A stretch of 64,000 bases of DNA from Spizellomyces punctatus DAOM BR117 (taxonomy: Eukaryota), in assembly GCA_000182565.2 (NCBI GenBank), contig KQ257456.1; one strand, written 5' to 3'. A program made the translations under genes and the position numbers. Positions 1 through 12,100 of the stretch are shown piece after piece; position 1 is the first letter of the stretch; each line of letters opens with the position of its first letter. The notes beneath the pieces are model-generated. The model saw nothing but the letters and a program-made list of their open reading frames with translations, had not been told where the DNA came from and did no database searches.

Positions 1-476
1 CGTTCATTCCCTAGGAACCGAAGGAACCGCGGCGTAGGTCGCGGATGTTTAAACCAGGGAGAGAGCTGTAACCATGCCGTAAAGGTACACTTTATGCATT
101 ACGCCATATGCCAATGATACGATTTTACACAAATAAGGACTGAGCACCATTACAAAAAATACTCGAAGACCGAAAGAGAGTCAATGCCCAAAAGTAAAAC
201 AAAGACGCGCCCCAAATAACCAAAGTATCAGCCCACCCAGAGTATCCATCCTCACTTAATCTCCCAACTATACACTTTCCCAAGTCATTGTGGAACAACT
301 AGGGACAAAAATCTCATGATAAAAAAAAAAAGAAATGAAACAACCCAAATATTACGAAATCGTAGGAGCGATTAGACGATGCTATGGAAAATGAACTTGA
401 CGTTCGCAAACTGGTTGAAATAATACGGGTTGTAGATCATTGGTCCAAGTGATATCGTCCGTTTTGAGTAGAGTTC

Positions 477-3400
477 TCAGCGGTCGCCCTGCTCGGGTTC
501 TACGGCGTTGGGGCTTGATGAATCTGGAGAAATACCGTCACTCTGACGACGCTGTTGGCCACTGTTCGCAACCACTGAATGCGAGTTAATGGCCGCTTGA
601 GCCTGCATCGCATGGTGTTGGTGCTGTTGGAAAGCTGCAACATGTTGAGGGCTTGGAGGGTAACTTCCGCCGGTATAGTACGCACCGGCCGGAATTGACA
701 TTGGAGGGAGGCCGGGCATGCTGGAATATGGTGATCCTGGCAAACCGTGATATCCTGTCATGTTCATGCCATAATGTCCTCCTGCACCACCGGGAACATA
801 GAGCCCAGGTTGGGGAGAGTGACTTGGAGTGGGCAGCTGCGCAAGGCCAGCAGCGCCGTACCATCCAGGAACAGGCTGCTGCGGGCTGTTGCTCATGTTG
901 CCACCGTTCGAACCATACATGCCAGCTGCGGTCATTGCTGGGGCAGAGGAGTACGAGATGCCTGGATGTTGCGGCGCTAATGGGCTGACGACCTCTTGGC
1001 TAGGGTCTCCAAACCCATTCCCGCCCGTAGGCGGCATTGACAATGATAATCCAGCGGGTCCCCCGCCAATACCAGCTCCGACCCCGAGGGACGAAGGAAT
1101 GACGCTCAGCTCATCAAGAAGGCGCTTGTAGCCCATCTGATTGTCTCGGACCTCAGACATGCGCGAAAGTACGGACCTCACCCTGTCGGCTAATCGTATC
1201 TTTTCCTCGGGAGACACGCATGCAGATGCAAGGATCTTTTGAATAACGGAAACTCCGTGAATTTGATCAGCGAGTATCTGCTCAAGGGAAGAATCATCGC
1301 GGAAGAAGATCTCCTTAATAATCTGGTCGCGAGCCTCCAACTCCACTCTTTGGTTTACTATATCGAAAACGAGAGAGTCCCGTAAATAAACGAAAGCAGT
1401 GAGTAACAAGGCGACGACAACGGGTCATACCAAGCTTCAAAATCGTTGCGCTTGCGAGCTTGTGGGTGCACAAAGTCGGAACGTGCGGAGCCAATTTTGG
1501 AGCCAGGGCTTGATATCGCCCAGGTAGACTGCTGGTATCTAGTAGCCATGTAATCAAATAGCTCCGTTGGGATTCGTGGCAAGTTGAATTGCGTTATGCA
1601 CGATCGCTTCGGCCACAAACTTTTGCTGTCTTTTAGTGGTGTACTGGCTCTCGAGACACGCCCGCATGGCACGAGCTCCAAATCGACCTTGTCCAACTTC
1701 CCAACATTTAGCATGCGTCGCGTCAAAGACAAACTGGTTACGGTGGGTTCCGAGACGCAAGCAGCATTGGACCACGTAATTTCCAAACTGATCCAGAAGG
1801 AGGGGCGGAGTGAATGGCTTGAGAGCGGTTACAATGAGCTGTATCTGAGAAGTCGTCTTTGCATAGTCAATCATCTTTTGCACTACCCATGTGCCATTTT
1901 TGTGAATTCCAATAGCCGCCATGTGGGGAGCCACCTTCTCAACTAAGCGCAGACGATGTTGGTCGGAACTCTTTTCGATAATTTTCTGAATAACAACATT
2001 CCCAATATAATCTGGTGCGGGGTATCAGATTCAGGTCCCATGCATGACAGTTATGGCTCCCGCAACTCACCTGTACATAGGTCTACAGTCTCCTCCACGA
2101 CTTCATTGAAAATGGCCTCCACGTCTTTCATGGTCACATGCCCCTCCAGTCGTTTGCGCATTTCCCGTAATCGACTTTGATCCACGCGTCGATTCGGTTT
2201 AGGCTCAGGAACCGGTGGTATTGCGGATGCGTACGTTTCTAGACAAGCAGGCAAATGTTAAGCATACTACGCTAACGTCTGTTTCCATATGAGAAATAAT
2301 TTACCGTTGGGATTCTGACCATTCCACAGCGAATCTAACGTTTCCATTCCATTCAGCTCCTTATTGGCCGCACCTGCTAATGCCAAAGCCATCATCTGCT
2401 CCTCAGGATAGCCACCTCCAATACTGTGACGTGTACTACCAGTCTGGGCTGCTCCGCTGATAGCTGGCACATTTGCTTCCAAATTTACGGGGAAAGGAGG
2501 CGGCGGAGGTGTCATACCAAATTCTCTGGCGCCGTTAATAGCACGAGAGGGAGAGTACAACATTTGCGGTGTTGGCGTAGCCGCCAATCCCGTGGCAGTA
2601 GCAAAATTATTGAATCCTCCTGACAGTGAGTTGGAACGGTCGCGAGCTGGAGAAGCAGTCCCCATAAAGGATGTGCCAACTAGCGCTGACGCAGCAAGCG
2701 TTGCTGTCCCTTCTCCGCTTTTTGAAGGGACCTTTGCGTATCCAATCTTCACAACTGATCCGCCAATCTCCTTTCCGTTCATATTCTTCCTGGCCTCCAT
2801 GGCGTCTTCTAGTCTGTAGAAATTAACAAAACCGCAATTTTTATGGGTCTACGAGTTCACGGCACAGATTAAATGACAAGGTACAGGTCATAGCGTATAT
2901 ATTACAAGATCCCTTACCAAAACACGAGCGGATTCAATCGGGCCGTATGCGGTAAATAGTGCCTCAAGTTCAGCGGGATCCGTGGTAGGTGGAATATTGC
3001 CGATCCCTTGAAAAAACTTTAGAGATTGATCAGGAAACCATGATTGTGGGTCACGACTTACATAGGGACTTTGTGGGCTGCATCCCTTGCGTATCATTGA
3101 TCGCCTCCGCCTTTCCAAACCCAATTCTGACAATGCAGTTCCCAACTCGACCACCTTGCATCTCATCACGTGCACGTATTGCGTCCTCTACTCGCACGTA
3201 GTTGACGAAAGCACACTCCTTGTCTGGCAATATGCGAAGAGATTCAATTGGGCCAAATGGCGAAAATAATGTCAACAAATCAGACGGAGATAATGTGGGA
3301 TCAATATTGCCGATCCACAAAGAACGGGTGGGAATTTGGTGTGGATGAGCATGTTCGTGATGTAAGCGAGTTGGAGAGTCATTGAAAGATCGGTCCATGC

Positions 3401-4258
3401 CGTATACCACATAGTCTTTGGGGCTGGATCTACCCAATGAGAGATGCTAAAGAAGGAAGCGAATAAGTCAGCAAACGTGTTGATATAATTACAATTAATG
3501 CATACCCGGTCGTTGTCACTCCTGTTTTCCGAATCCGGACTCTCCATCTCTAGTTCGAGCTCTCCGCGGGCTAAACTTCTTCGTAATGCCTGAATGTCAC
3601 TATCTGCAGTGCTTTCCAAAAACGCAATGGATGATGCACGCGGGCGATATGTAGAAGGCGTGGGAATGGAAACTGATAAGTTCTCCCCCACAGCCACCGA
3701 GTAGGAGCGCCCTCGGTTCGCGTAAACGGATCCCAGGCTGTTTGGAACAACCCCTCGGGACATTTGCGGATACTGTGCGCTCTGAGCGAAGTGTCGCCCG
3801 TTTTCTAGAACGGGATCATCCAATCCAAGATAATCCAAGGTTCGTGCAACCGCAGTGGTTTCGTCCTCCCCGCCTGCGCTGCTAGCATACTCTGAAGGCG
3901 TCGGCCGCTCACTTACCAGTCCGTTCATAGTGCTGGATGGTTGCCATGATGTGGCAAACAATGAAGGGCCAAATGCGCCAGATATGCCAGTGCGAGGAAG
4001 GGAAAGGGACCCAGAGCGGTGACGGGAGGCCATTATACTCGAGGATGTACTAGGTGTGGGTGCTGCAGCAGACGTCTCCTCTGGAAGCAGTTTAGATGGA
4101 AAAAAAGAGAAAGTCTCTGCCCTGGCCCTTCTAAAGGTTGTAGCTCCATTGCTGGCTCCTCCATTCACAGTCAACTTTTTGCTGAACGAAGGCACATCGG
4201 ACAGTTTATCACTGCTAGAGTCCCGTAGAGTTTCGAGGTAGTAGGTGTTTGAAGACAT
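477..4258 (-). CDS. Jsn1/Puf1-Puf2-type RNA-binding protein (two RRMs + Pumilio repeats), multi-exon
   Basis: ORF pieces include RRM motifs (TRSLWIGNIDPTLS...ECAFVNY; GNIPPTTDPAELEALFTAYGPIESARVL...CGFVNF) and PUF repeats (HKNGTWVVQKMID, DQFGNYVVQCCL, ATNPNGAI, DQIHGVSVIQKIL). The N- and C-termini are low complexity. Probable start is ATG 4258 (MSSNTYY). Confidence 0.88.
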
Positions 4259-5837
4259 TTGGTCGGTGCCGTACAGGTTGTCTGAAGGCCGAGGAAGGGA
4301 AGACGTAGTAGAAGAATCCAGTAGCGGTCTGTAAACGACAGACAAAAGGTGGTGTTAGTGAGCAGTTTTGTTAACATCGTGCTCGTACCAAGCATCTACA
4401 CACGGTGGCGGCCGCCCTGCGAATCATGCACAAGACTTTGCCACGCAGGAAATCTACGTTCAGGCCACAGATGTGTATCCCTCTGTTCCTATCTCTCTGT
4501 CTGCATGTGCCGGTGCATGTGTGTGTGTTTGTGCGGGTGTGTATATCCATGTGTGTTGGCGAGCATTGATGCAGTTCATTCACGTACCTGTTAGATAGCG
4601 AGTGCGGTTGCTGCTCTTGCGACTGCATTTCGCCCGGCAGATGGTTCTTGTGTCGAGCAGTAAGACGGCGCGACGAGCATGTGCGCCTCCAGTTCTTTGC
4701 AAGTCGAATAAAATCTCAAAGATTGGAGGAAGATGGGCAAGTCCAGCAATGGGCAGTTCAGGACCTGTAATGATACACTCATGGATAAGCCTTCATTTGG
4801 CCACACATACAAGGGGCACTATTTTTTTTTTTCTATAGTTTATTAGGGTTCATACCTCTGGGAACGTTTGCTTCTTTACGCCTTTGACTCTTGCGAGTAG
4901 ACAAGGAAAAGAAAAAGCCTCCGTACGTCGAGGTTATCCCAAAACTGCCTCGAGTTAGACTTTTTGACACAATCCGTTTGGGCAAACCAGGAAAACGAAT
5001 CGCTGGTTCTTCTGCAAATTGCAGCCCGGTTTCTTCCACGTCAGCAGATGGGTTAAAACAACCTGTTCGTTCTTGCAGTCTCCGTTGGCGTATTGTTTCG
5101 TACTAGGAAGGATTTTTTTTTTTGTAGAATTGGTGAGCCAAGTTGGGGGGGTGGATGTTGGAAACAGGGTCTTGGGTCAAAGAATGACAAGCCGCGGGAA
5201 GGGGCGTTGCTTTTTCAGTGGTGCAGTGTTTCAATAATATATTTTTTTCTACTGCATTTTGCATTTCAGAACTGTTGCTTTTATGCAAAGCAAGCAAAAC
5301 AAAGGCCCTCCAAAAGTTGACATTCAAAACAACATTCATTGCTGCTCCAGGCTCTGGAATGGTTCGTGCGTATGTGTGTGTCCACCCCCTAAAGTCCTCT
5401 CCATCTCCTCGAAACGATGCCCATCTCCAAACATTAATTGAATACGATAGATTTAACATTGTAAAACTACTCAGTTCTGCTTCATTTCTTCTGCTCTCCC
5501 CCCCCCCCCCCCCCATCTGCATCAAAAAGGTGCATCAAACATGTTTAGCAACACGCGAACAAACCCATCGCCCTTCTTTTGGTACAGTTCAAACCGGTTT
5601 GCTATGGTTCAACCTGCTTGATGTCTTGGACACGTTACGTAAACAGAAACCCGCATGCACGCGGTGCTCCCGTGAAGGCAATACTTGGTACCTCGTGAGG
5701 ACAACAGGATAAGGTAAGGGGCTCTTCTGCTGCATGCATAAAAACCGACCGACGAAGGTGAGAAATCTGTAAGAATTGAATTGGAACTGATATTTGAAAG
5801 ATGAACCCTTCCGAGCAAGACGAGGTAAAAACCAACA

Positions 5838-6119
5838 ATGATGTTACTTGTTTTGAGCATTGTGATCCTAACGTTTGCGCGGTTGAAACAGTACGGACAC
5901 CCCATCACTTTTGCTGCTTACTCCTCCAAAGGCTCCTTCTCGAGTTCCCTCGCGGACTTGTATGGAGGTTCCGCCGGTATCTTGGTTGACACAAACGCAT
6001 CAACGTCAGATTCTGCTCCCTCGTCCCGGGCGACATCCACAAAGGAGCCTCATACCAATGACCAAGATGACAAGAGTCGAACCAAGTTGGACACAAAGGG
6101 GCGCAATCATCGCTTCTGA
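5838..6119 (+). CDS. possible small secreted/membrane-anchored hypothetical protein
   Basis: 93-aa ORF with a hydrophobic N-terminus (MMLLVLSIVILTFA) and a Ser/Thr-rich tail. No recognisable domain. Confidence 0.25.
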   Translation: MMLLVLSIVILTFARLKQYGHPITFAAYSSKGSFSSSLADLYGGSAGILVDTNASTSDSAPSSRATSTKEPHTNDQDDKSRTKLDTKGRNHRF

Positions 6120-6155
6120 CTAGGACTTCAAATAACTGGCCATCTTTGTGCTCTC

Positions 6156-6185
6156 TAACTACATACGTTGTAACTACATACGTTG
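6156..6185. repeat. perfect 15-bp tandem duplication (TAACTACATACGTTG x2)
   Basis: Read directly at 6156-6170 and 6171-6185. Confidence 0.9.
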
Positions 6186-6308
6186 AATCCATAAACTTTA
6201 CAAATTGCGGGGAGTGAAATAACGATGAGGCTCAGAAAAAAAAGAAAAAAAGAAAAAAACATTCGCATCGAGTCTAGCAGAAGCTACCAATATTTATGCA
6301 ATCCACCT

Positions 6309-9300
6309 CTAATTGACCTCCTCGGTCTCCGTGGCAGACTTTATGTGTGCCTCAATCTGCAATTCTTCCAGTGCGTCTGCAACGGCATCCCATGCCAATG
6401 TTTTTGCTACAGATTTCAGTTGACGTTCATGCGCCGGATCGGAGGGGTCACCTCCTTCGATTGTTGAATTATCTCCAAAATATCCACTGAGTAGCTTGTC
6501 TAAATAAGAATGACCAGTCTCAGCCTGCAACTCTATTGCCCCTTCAGATCCGCTTGCCGTTTGGTCAGAGAATGCCTCCTCACCGGGTTGTGCACCCTGA
6601 GGTGCGTTCTGCTCATCCGCACTAGCATCCATGAGGCTAGGGACATTTGCCGTTGGCACGGCTTCCTCAACAACGGGTGGCCTCGCATCCATGATGTCAG
6701 CGTTGTCCTTGTCACACTGCAAGTCAACGTCCATAGAATAACTTGGGCTCATTAAATTTTCGGGCGGCTGCTCGTCCATGAAACTACCGTCAATACTTCT
6801 TGGGCTGGATTCCGTGGTTGCGTCGGAGCCCAGATAAGCTTCGTCTTCATGACCGACACTGCCCGATATGCCATTAGAATCCTCTCCCTCACCTTCGTTT
6901 TTTGGCCGTTCCGATGCCACATGTGCTTCTGTCTGCAATGTGGTTGCAGGACCATGGTCAGGCCGTTCGGTGTCATCCTCCACATCGGCTCCGGAATCCC
7001 CTGCTCTGCGGTCCCCCAAATCGGGCTCGATATCAGACAGTTCGGTCTTGGTAGACATCTCCTCAGTCGACCCTGAATGAGGTTCGTTCAAATTTAGACG
7101 AGAGCGCTGAGGTTCGAGACCGTCCATAGCCAATGTCTCATCAGCGCCTGGTTGTTGCTCGCCATCACTGGAATCCGTAGTTGGCCCTGAATCAGGAATT
7201 CCCGTGCAGCCCGCATCGCTTTTATCGACTTCATTTGCACCAAAGTCCTCGGGACCCTTGGCTTTTTCTACCTCTTTGAAACATTGCTCTTCACCAGAAG
7301 CCGCAGAATCTCCCTCATGACCTTCGCTCAAATTCTCAGCTGTGTCGGCTACATCAGCGTCGTCTACATGCCCCTCTTTACCAGCACTAAACTCAACACC
7401 GATTGTGCTCATGCTACTAGGTTCATCCTTGTTGGCGTCGTCCGTGGTATTCTCTCCCAAGGGTTCTTCTACGGTTTGACTCATAGCGGCCCACTCCGAT
7501 AAGGCGCTCTCTGCTCCCTCGACAATTTCATAGACTGGATCGAGAACTGACTTCTCCCTCAACACCTCCGGCATTTGAGTACTGAGACGGACAGCAGACT
7601 CCGAAAGTTCACTGTTAATTTCGTCGATTGTGTGGTCCACAACATCGCTTTCGTTCGTGTGCGTTTCAAAGGAAAATCCTGAATCATGTGGTCTTCGGCT
7701 GGCTGCATAATCCTGTTCCCTGGTCTGCATCTCAGCGATGTATTCATCCTCTACCATTTGCATTTCCGCAATTTCCTCAGTGCCTTCTACTGGAATTATA
7801 GGCGGGGTGATATCGGGCGCATGCTGTGCTGGGGACCCCAAATCGCTTTGTGACGAATGCTGGGCAAATGAAGTGGAAGGTTGATTTGCTTCACTAGTGA
7901 TGGTCGTCTCGGGTGTTTCCGTAACCGCTGATTCCTGCGTGCTCTTCTCCTCGTCTGCCACTTCGGGAAGCGTGGGCCTAGGAATTCCAAATTCTTGGTC
8001 CTGGGCCAGGACATCCAACAGATCTCTACCTTCCGATGCCACATCGGCTGCCAAGGCGATCAAATCGTTTGTCTCTGTGGCCGAATCAAAAGTACGGTCA
8101 CCAGTCGTTGACTGCTGCGACTTTTCTGTTTCCACAATCTGAGTTGCCAACGCCATCTTCTCTTCCTCTACAGCGCCCATCATCCTTGAAAATGTGGTTC
8201 TTTCATCCTCTGAGTTACGCAACTCGCGCGTGAGGCGGATGCACTCCTTTCTAGCTGTTTCCAATTGGTCAGCCAAGTGTGAAGTACCAAGCTGCGACTC
8301 TTCCAGTTTTTGCGTCAATGAACTGACATTAGCCTCTTCTGCAGCTAGTTTCGTAGACACTGCCTCAGCTTTGCTTTCCACGGATGCCAGTCGAGTAGCA
8401 AGATCTTCGGCGGTCTTCTCCGCTTCATGTAAGGCATCTTTGAGAGTGGTGATGTTTCCTTCCGCCTCCAGCAGACTATCAGCTAGCATCGCTGACTTGT
8501 CTTTTTCTTCGGCCAATTGCTGAGACACTGCCTCAAGTTTTGATTCGGCGTCCGTCAATTGCAAGGATACCGCCCGTAACTGATTGGCAACCAGATTCGA
8601 CGAATTGGCCTCCACTTCAGCAATTTTGCTAGGGAAGTCGGCAATAATTCCCTCAGCTGTTGCAAGCTTGACGAGAACCTCTGCATTCACAGATTCGGCC
8701 ACTTCAACTGCCCTTGTGGCTGCTTCTAACTTCTCATTCATGATTTGTACGGCTTCCTGGAGTTCAGCATTATCTTTGCGCAGCTGGGAATTGGCATCAT
8801 CAGTTTCAGTTGATGCTTTCATCGCTTCTATAGTCGCTTGCAACTCAGCATTCTCTTTCTGCAGCTGGGAACTGACACCATCGGCTTCAATTGATGCTGT
8901 TTCCAATTTGGCTTTCATAGCTTCTATAGTCGCTTGCAGTTCAGCGTTTTCTTCACGTAGCTGGGAACTTGCAGCTTTGGCGGTCTCGACGCCCATTGAT
9001 GCTGCATCTAGTTTGGCTTGCATCATTACTATGGTCTCCTGCATCTCTGCGTTATCTTCATGCAGCTTGGAACTGGCAGCTTCGGCGTTGTCCGCACCAG
9101 TTGGTGCGTTGCTCAGTTTGGATTTCAACATCTCTATAGTTTCCAAAAGCTCCGTGTTTTCCTCACGCAACTCGGCTACGTTCTGCTTCAAGGCAACCAA
9201 TAGATTTACATCATACCGCGAGATCTCCGCATTGAGTCGGTCATTATCGAGCTTCGTTTCAGCAAGCTGCTGCTGCAAAGCTGCCAACTTGGCATTATCT

Positions 9301-11051
9301 TCCTCTAGCTCGTGAATATACGCCTGCCTTTCAAAGAGTTCCTGTTCCAAAGCGGCTAGCCTTCTATCCTTCTCCTCCAGCTCGCGGGCGCGCGACTCTC
9401 CTTCAATGTGAGGATCCTTGACCGCATCTTCTTCCCTGTTCTTCTTCAGTGCGTTGACAACTTCCGTAAGTCTCTCAATCTCCTTGGGAAGTAGAGATAG
9501 TTTAGTGTTTTCGGCATTCAACTCGATTACATCCTTTTCCAAATCGGACAGACGAGCATTCTCTTCCTTGAGCTGCTCAATTTCTCTTGCGGTGGTTTTC
9601 TCCACGTTTACTAATTCATCGGCGACAACGGATAACGCTGCATTTTTCTGTCTAAGAGAGTTAACCTCCTCCTCTAATGGACCTATTTTCGAGTTCATCT
9701 GTTTGAGATCCTCAAGCTGAGTCTGTAGCCGCATGAGGTTTGAATTTTCTTGCTCTAGCGTCGCGATCGTTGCCTCCAAAATCGCGATTCGTCCGAGATC
9801 GTTTCGCAAGACTTTTACTTGTTCCTCCAAGTCTGGGATCCGCTCGTTCTCCGCCTTGAGTGTTATAAGCTCCATTTTCCCTTCAACTAATCGCATATTC
9901 TCTTCTTTCAGTGCCGCAAGCTCCTTTTCCGTTTCCCCTAGCTTCCTGAGGGCATCGTCGCTTTTGCTAATCGGTGTCGCCTGGGTAGCGGCAGTTTGAA
10001 CTTTCACTTTTGAGGTTGCGACGGGTGTTTTCTTGGCCACCGTACTTGCAGACGGACCTGTCGAGTTCACTGTCGAGGTCCTCTTGCTAATGGGAGAAGA
10101 GACAGAACGCAATCCAGATGTTGTTGATGGCTGCGATACCACAGGTTTTGTTCCCACGGAACTCGTTGCCTTGCGAGATAATACTGAACTAGACGACGCT
10201 GTTGTCCTAGCTGTTGATGTTGGGGACGCAGAGGGCGTAGCTGAGCGCACTGCTGACGTTCCACGGGAAGATGCCTCCTTGCGTGATCCAGTCGTCGGTG
10301 AGGACTTTTCGCTCGTGGATGAGGGATGTGTTAGTCTTCGAGATAGCGGTTCCCTTTCGGGCTTTTTTGAGGTAATCGGTACGCTCCAATGGGCTACACT
10401 TTTTGAAGTCGGAGCCGTCTTGGCAGGATCCTTCGCTGCTACTGCAGACACTTTCCGCACGCTTTGAACTGGGGGCGATACAGATCCGCGTGTGGATACA
10501 CGCTTGCTTCCTGTTTTACTGTCGATCTGGCCGGTGGTAGGCAGCGTCTTGGATGAGGCTGTTGTCTTGGATACCACGGGTCGGGTAGTAGGTTTTGCAT
10601 TCGGACGGCGTGCAGAAGGTTTGGTCTTGCCGTCCGGCTTCGGTAGAGTGTCTACATGTGGCGAACTGCCGGCGTTCGCCGCATCACTCCCACCTGTGGT
10701 CTGTGGACCCTGGTTTTCGAGGGGCGTTTCTTCAATGGTTGTTCCCAGAGAACCTTCCTCAACTGCTGATTCTAGGGGACTTTCGTCAACTGTTGTTCTA
10801 ATAGGACTTTCTTCAACAGTCGTTTTTGGCGGACTCTCTTCAACTTCGGATACTGGGGGACTCTCTTCAACCGTTACAGTTCCTAGATCATTGAGTTTCG
10901 GCTCTTCCGTCGTGTCGTCAATTCCTGGTGGTGCCGCCTCCACTTTTGCATATTCACCCGGATCTTCTGCATTCTCCGCGTTCGATCCCAACATGGCTGT
11001 CAAGTTATCCCTACTATCAATTGTAACATGGGATCCAGCGTTACCACCCAT
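6309..11051 (-). CDS. large coiled-coil protein (~1580 aa) with basic S/T/K-rich segment and acidic tail; unknown function
   Basis: One uninterrupted 4.7-kb ORF. It has a long heptad region, internal repeats (VEESP; SSQLREENAELQATIEAMKAKL) and an acidic disordered C-terminal third. The start is uncertain (first ATG ~11051, or an upstream exon). Confidence 0.8.
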   Translation of the reverse strand: MGGNAGSHVTIDSRDNLTAMLGSNAENAEDPGEYAKVEAAPPGIDDTTEEPKLNDLGTVTVEESPPVSEVEESPPKTTVEESPIRTTVDESPLESAVEEGSLGTTIEETPLENQGPQTTGGSDAANAGSSPHVDTLPKPDGKTKPSARRPNAKPTTRPVVSKTTASSKTLPTTGQIDSKTGSKRVSTRGSVSPPVQSVRKVSAVAAKDPAKTAPTSKSVAHWSVPITSKKPEREPLSRRLTHPSSTSEKSSPTTGSRKEASSRGTSAVRSATPSASPTSTARTTASSSSVLSRKATSSVGTKPVVSQPSTTSGLRSVSSPISKRTSTVNSTGPSASTVAKKTPVATSKVKVQTAATQATPISKSDDALRKLGETEKELAALKEENMRLVEGKMELITLKAENERIPDLEEQVKVLRNDLGRIAILEATIATLEQENSNLMRLQTQLEDLKQMNSKIGPLEEEVNSLRQKNAALSVVADELVNVEKTTAREIEQLKEENARLSDLEKDVIELNAENTKLSLLPKEIERLTEVVNALKKNREEDAVKDPHIEGESRARELEEKDRRLAALEQELFERQAYIHELEEDNAKLAALQQQLAETKLDNDRLNAEISRYDVNLLVALKQNVAELREENTELLETIEMLKSKLSNAPTGADNAEAASSKLHEDNAEMQETIVMMQAKLDAASMGVETAKAASSQLREENAELQATIEAMKAKLETASIEADGVSSQLQKENAELQATIEAMKASTETDDANSQLRKDNAELQEAVQIMNEKLEAATRAVEVAESVNAEVLVKLATAEGIIADFPSKIAEVEANSSNLVANQLRAVSLQLTDAESKLEAVSQQLAEEKDKSAMLADSLLEAEGNITTLKDALHEAEKTAEDLATRLASVESKAEAVSTKLAAEEANVSSLTQKLEESQLGTSHLADQLETARKECIRLTRELRNSEDERTTFSRMMGAVEEEKMALATQIVETEKSQQSTTGDRTFDSATETNDLIALAADVASEGRDLLDVLAQDQEFGIPRPTLPEVADEEKSTQESAVTETPETTITSEANQPSTSFAQHSSQSDLGSPAQHAPDITPPIIPVEGTEEIAEMQMVEDEYIAEMQTREQDYAASRRPHDSGFSFETHTNESDVVDHTIDEINSELSESAVRLSTQMPEVLREKSVLDPVYEIVEGAESALSEWAAMSQTVEEPLGENTTDDANKDEPSSMSTIGVEFSAGKEGHVDDADVADTAENLSEGHEGDSAASGEEQCFKEVEKAKGPEDFGANEVDKSDAGCTGIPDSGPTTDSSDGEQQPGADETLAMDGLEPQRSRLNLNEPHSGSTEEMSTKTELSDIEPDLGDRRAGDSGADVEDDTERPDHGPATTLQTEAHVASERPKNEGEGEDSNGISGSVGHEDEAYLGSDATTESSPRSIDGSFMDEQPPENLMSPSYSMDVDLQCDKDNADIMDARPPVVEEAVPTANVPSLMDASADEQNAPQGAQPGEEAFSDQTASGSEGAIELQAETGHSYLDKLLSGYFGDNSTIEGGDPSDPAHERQLKSVAKTLAWDAVADALEELQIEAHIKSATETEEVN

Positions 11052-12100
11052 ATCGCGATCGTTGTTCACTTATCGCCAGGTACTCTTACTTACCAACGGG
11101 TACGCAGGCAGTAACCCTATGGAAACTGATACGCTGCTTTGCCGGAAGGGCGTGTTTGGTTGATGGCAGGGGTGGCTGTCCGTGCCAAAGGGTTTGAAGT
11201 GCAACGGGCGCGGACATTGCTCCCAATGCACAACGATTGCCGCTCGAAACGTTTGATGGCTTAGTCGCGTTAAATGAAGTAACCACGTGCCTTGAAAACG
11301 CAGTTAGTTTATTTGTATTTCCAGAGGGTTTACGACAGCACATTGTGAAGCCAGATTTTGGCAACTATGGAATATCAGATGTACGCTGTGTGTTGGTAAT
11401 CGAGGAATTGTGTTGAGGGGAGCGGAGATCATTTGGAGCATTTCCTTGATTGCGGGTGACGTATGAAAAGATTCTATAATCATCATTGGAATGCCTTGCA
11501 CATGATATAGTAATACAGCCGTCTTTTACGTCCCCCACAGCTCAAAATCCACCGCTCACATGCAGGGAAGGGGGCATTAAACCTGTGGCAAAAGAGAACG
11601 CCTTTGCGCGTGCCTGGTCTCCGTAAATGTCCGAACGAGAAGCACGGAACTTTGTCAGATTGCGCCGTCGCCGCTGGTGGACAAGTCCTTTTTTAGTTTT
11701 TATAGCGCGCTGACGGGGACTCTTTCCATGTGAGTGTGCGACAGGCTAAAGCGTGCACCGAGTGTGACAGTGCGACCTGGTGGAGTTTGGTGCGTAGGTA
11801 ATCACCGACGCGTGAGCTGCACGGTCCCGGTTGTTTCCGCTTACCTCCGCTTTCAGTGCCCTCGCGTGATCGTTTTCCTGCTGTTTTCGTAGTGGTGGAA
11901 GGCTTTCCAACCTGCCAATCTCCAACAACTTGCGCAAGGGAGCGGACCGTGGAGGAAAAAGGGAAAAGAATTTGACCAGAAAGCATTCGTCTGGCGTCAT
12001 TCTTCCTTTGGGGGGATCCAAAAGTGACAGACAATTTTCAGTTCGGCGATATCATTGCCACCAGAGCCCAACAGCAACAACAGCAACAACTAGACCGGTT

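Noticed and set aside
1-476. UAAU motifs in the PUF gene 3' UTR as autoregulatory sites
   Set aside because: A few 4-mers in AT-rich sequence are expected by chance.
6156-6185. 15-bp direct repeat as a CRISPR-like array or target-site duplication
   Set aside because: Only two abutting copies with no spacer; a simple slippage duplication.
7897-11163. Long plus-strand ORFs antisense to the coiled-coil gene (and the 311-aa ORF antisense to fungalysin at 16410-17345)
   Set aside because: These are shadow ORFs from codon bias of the real minus-strand genes and have no domain signal.
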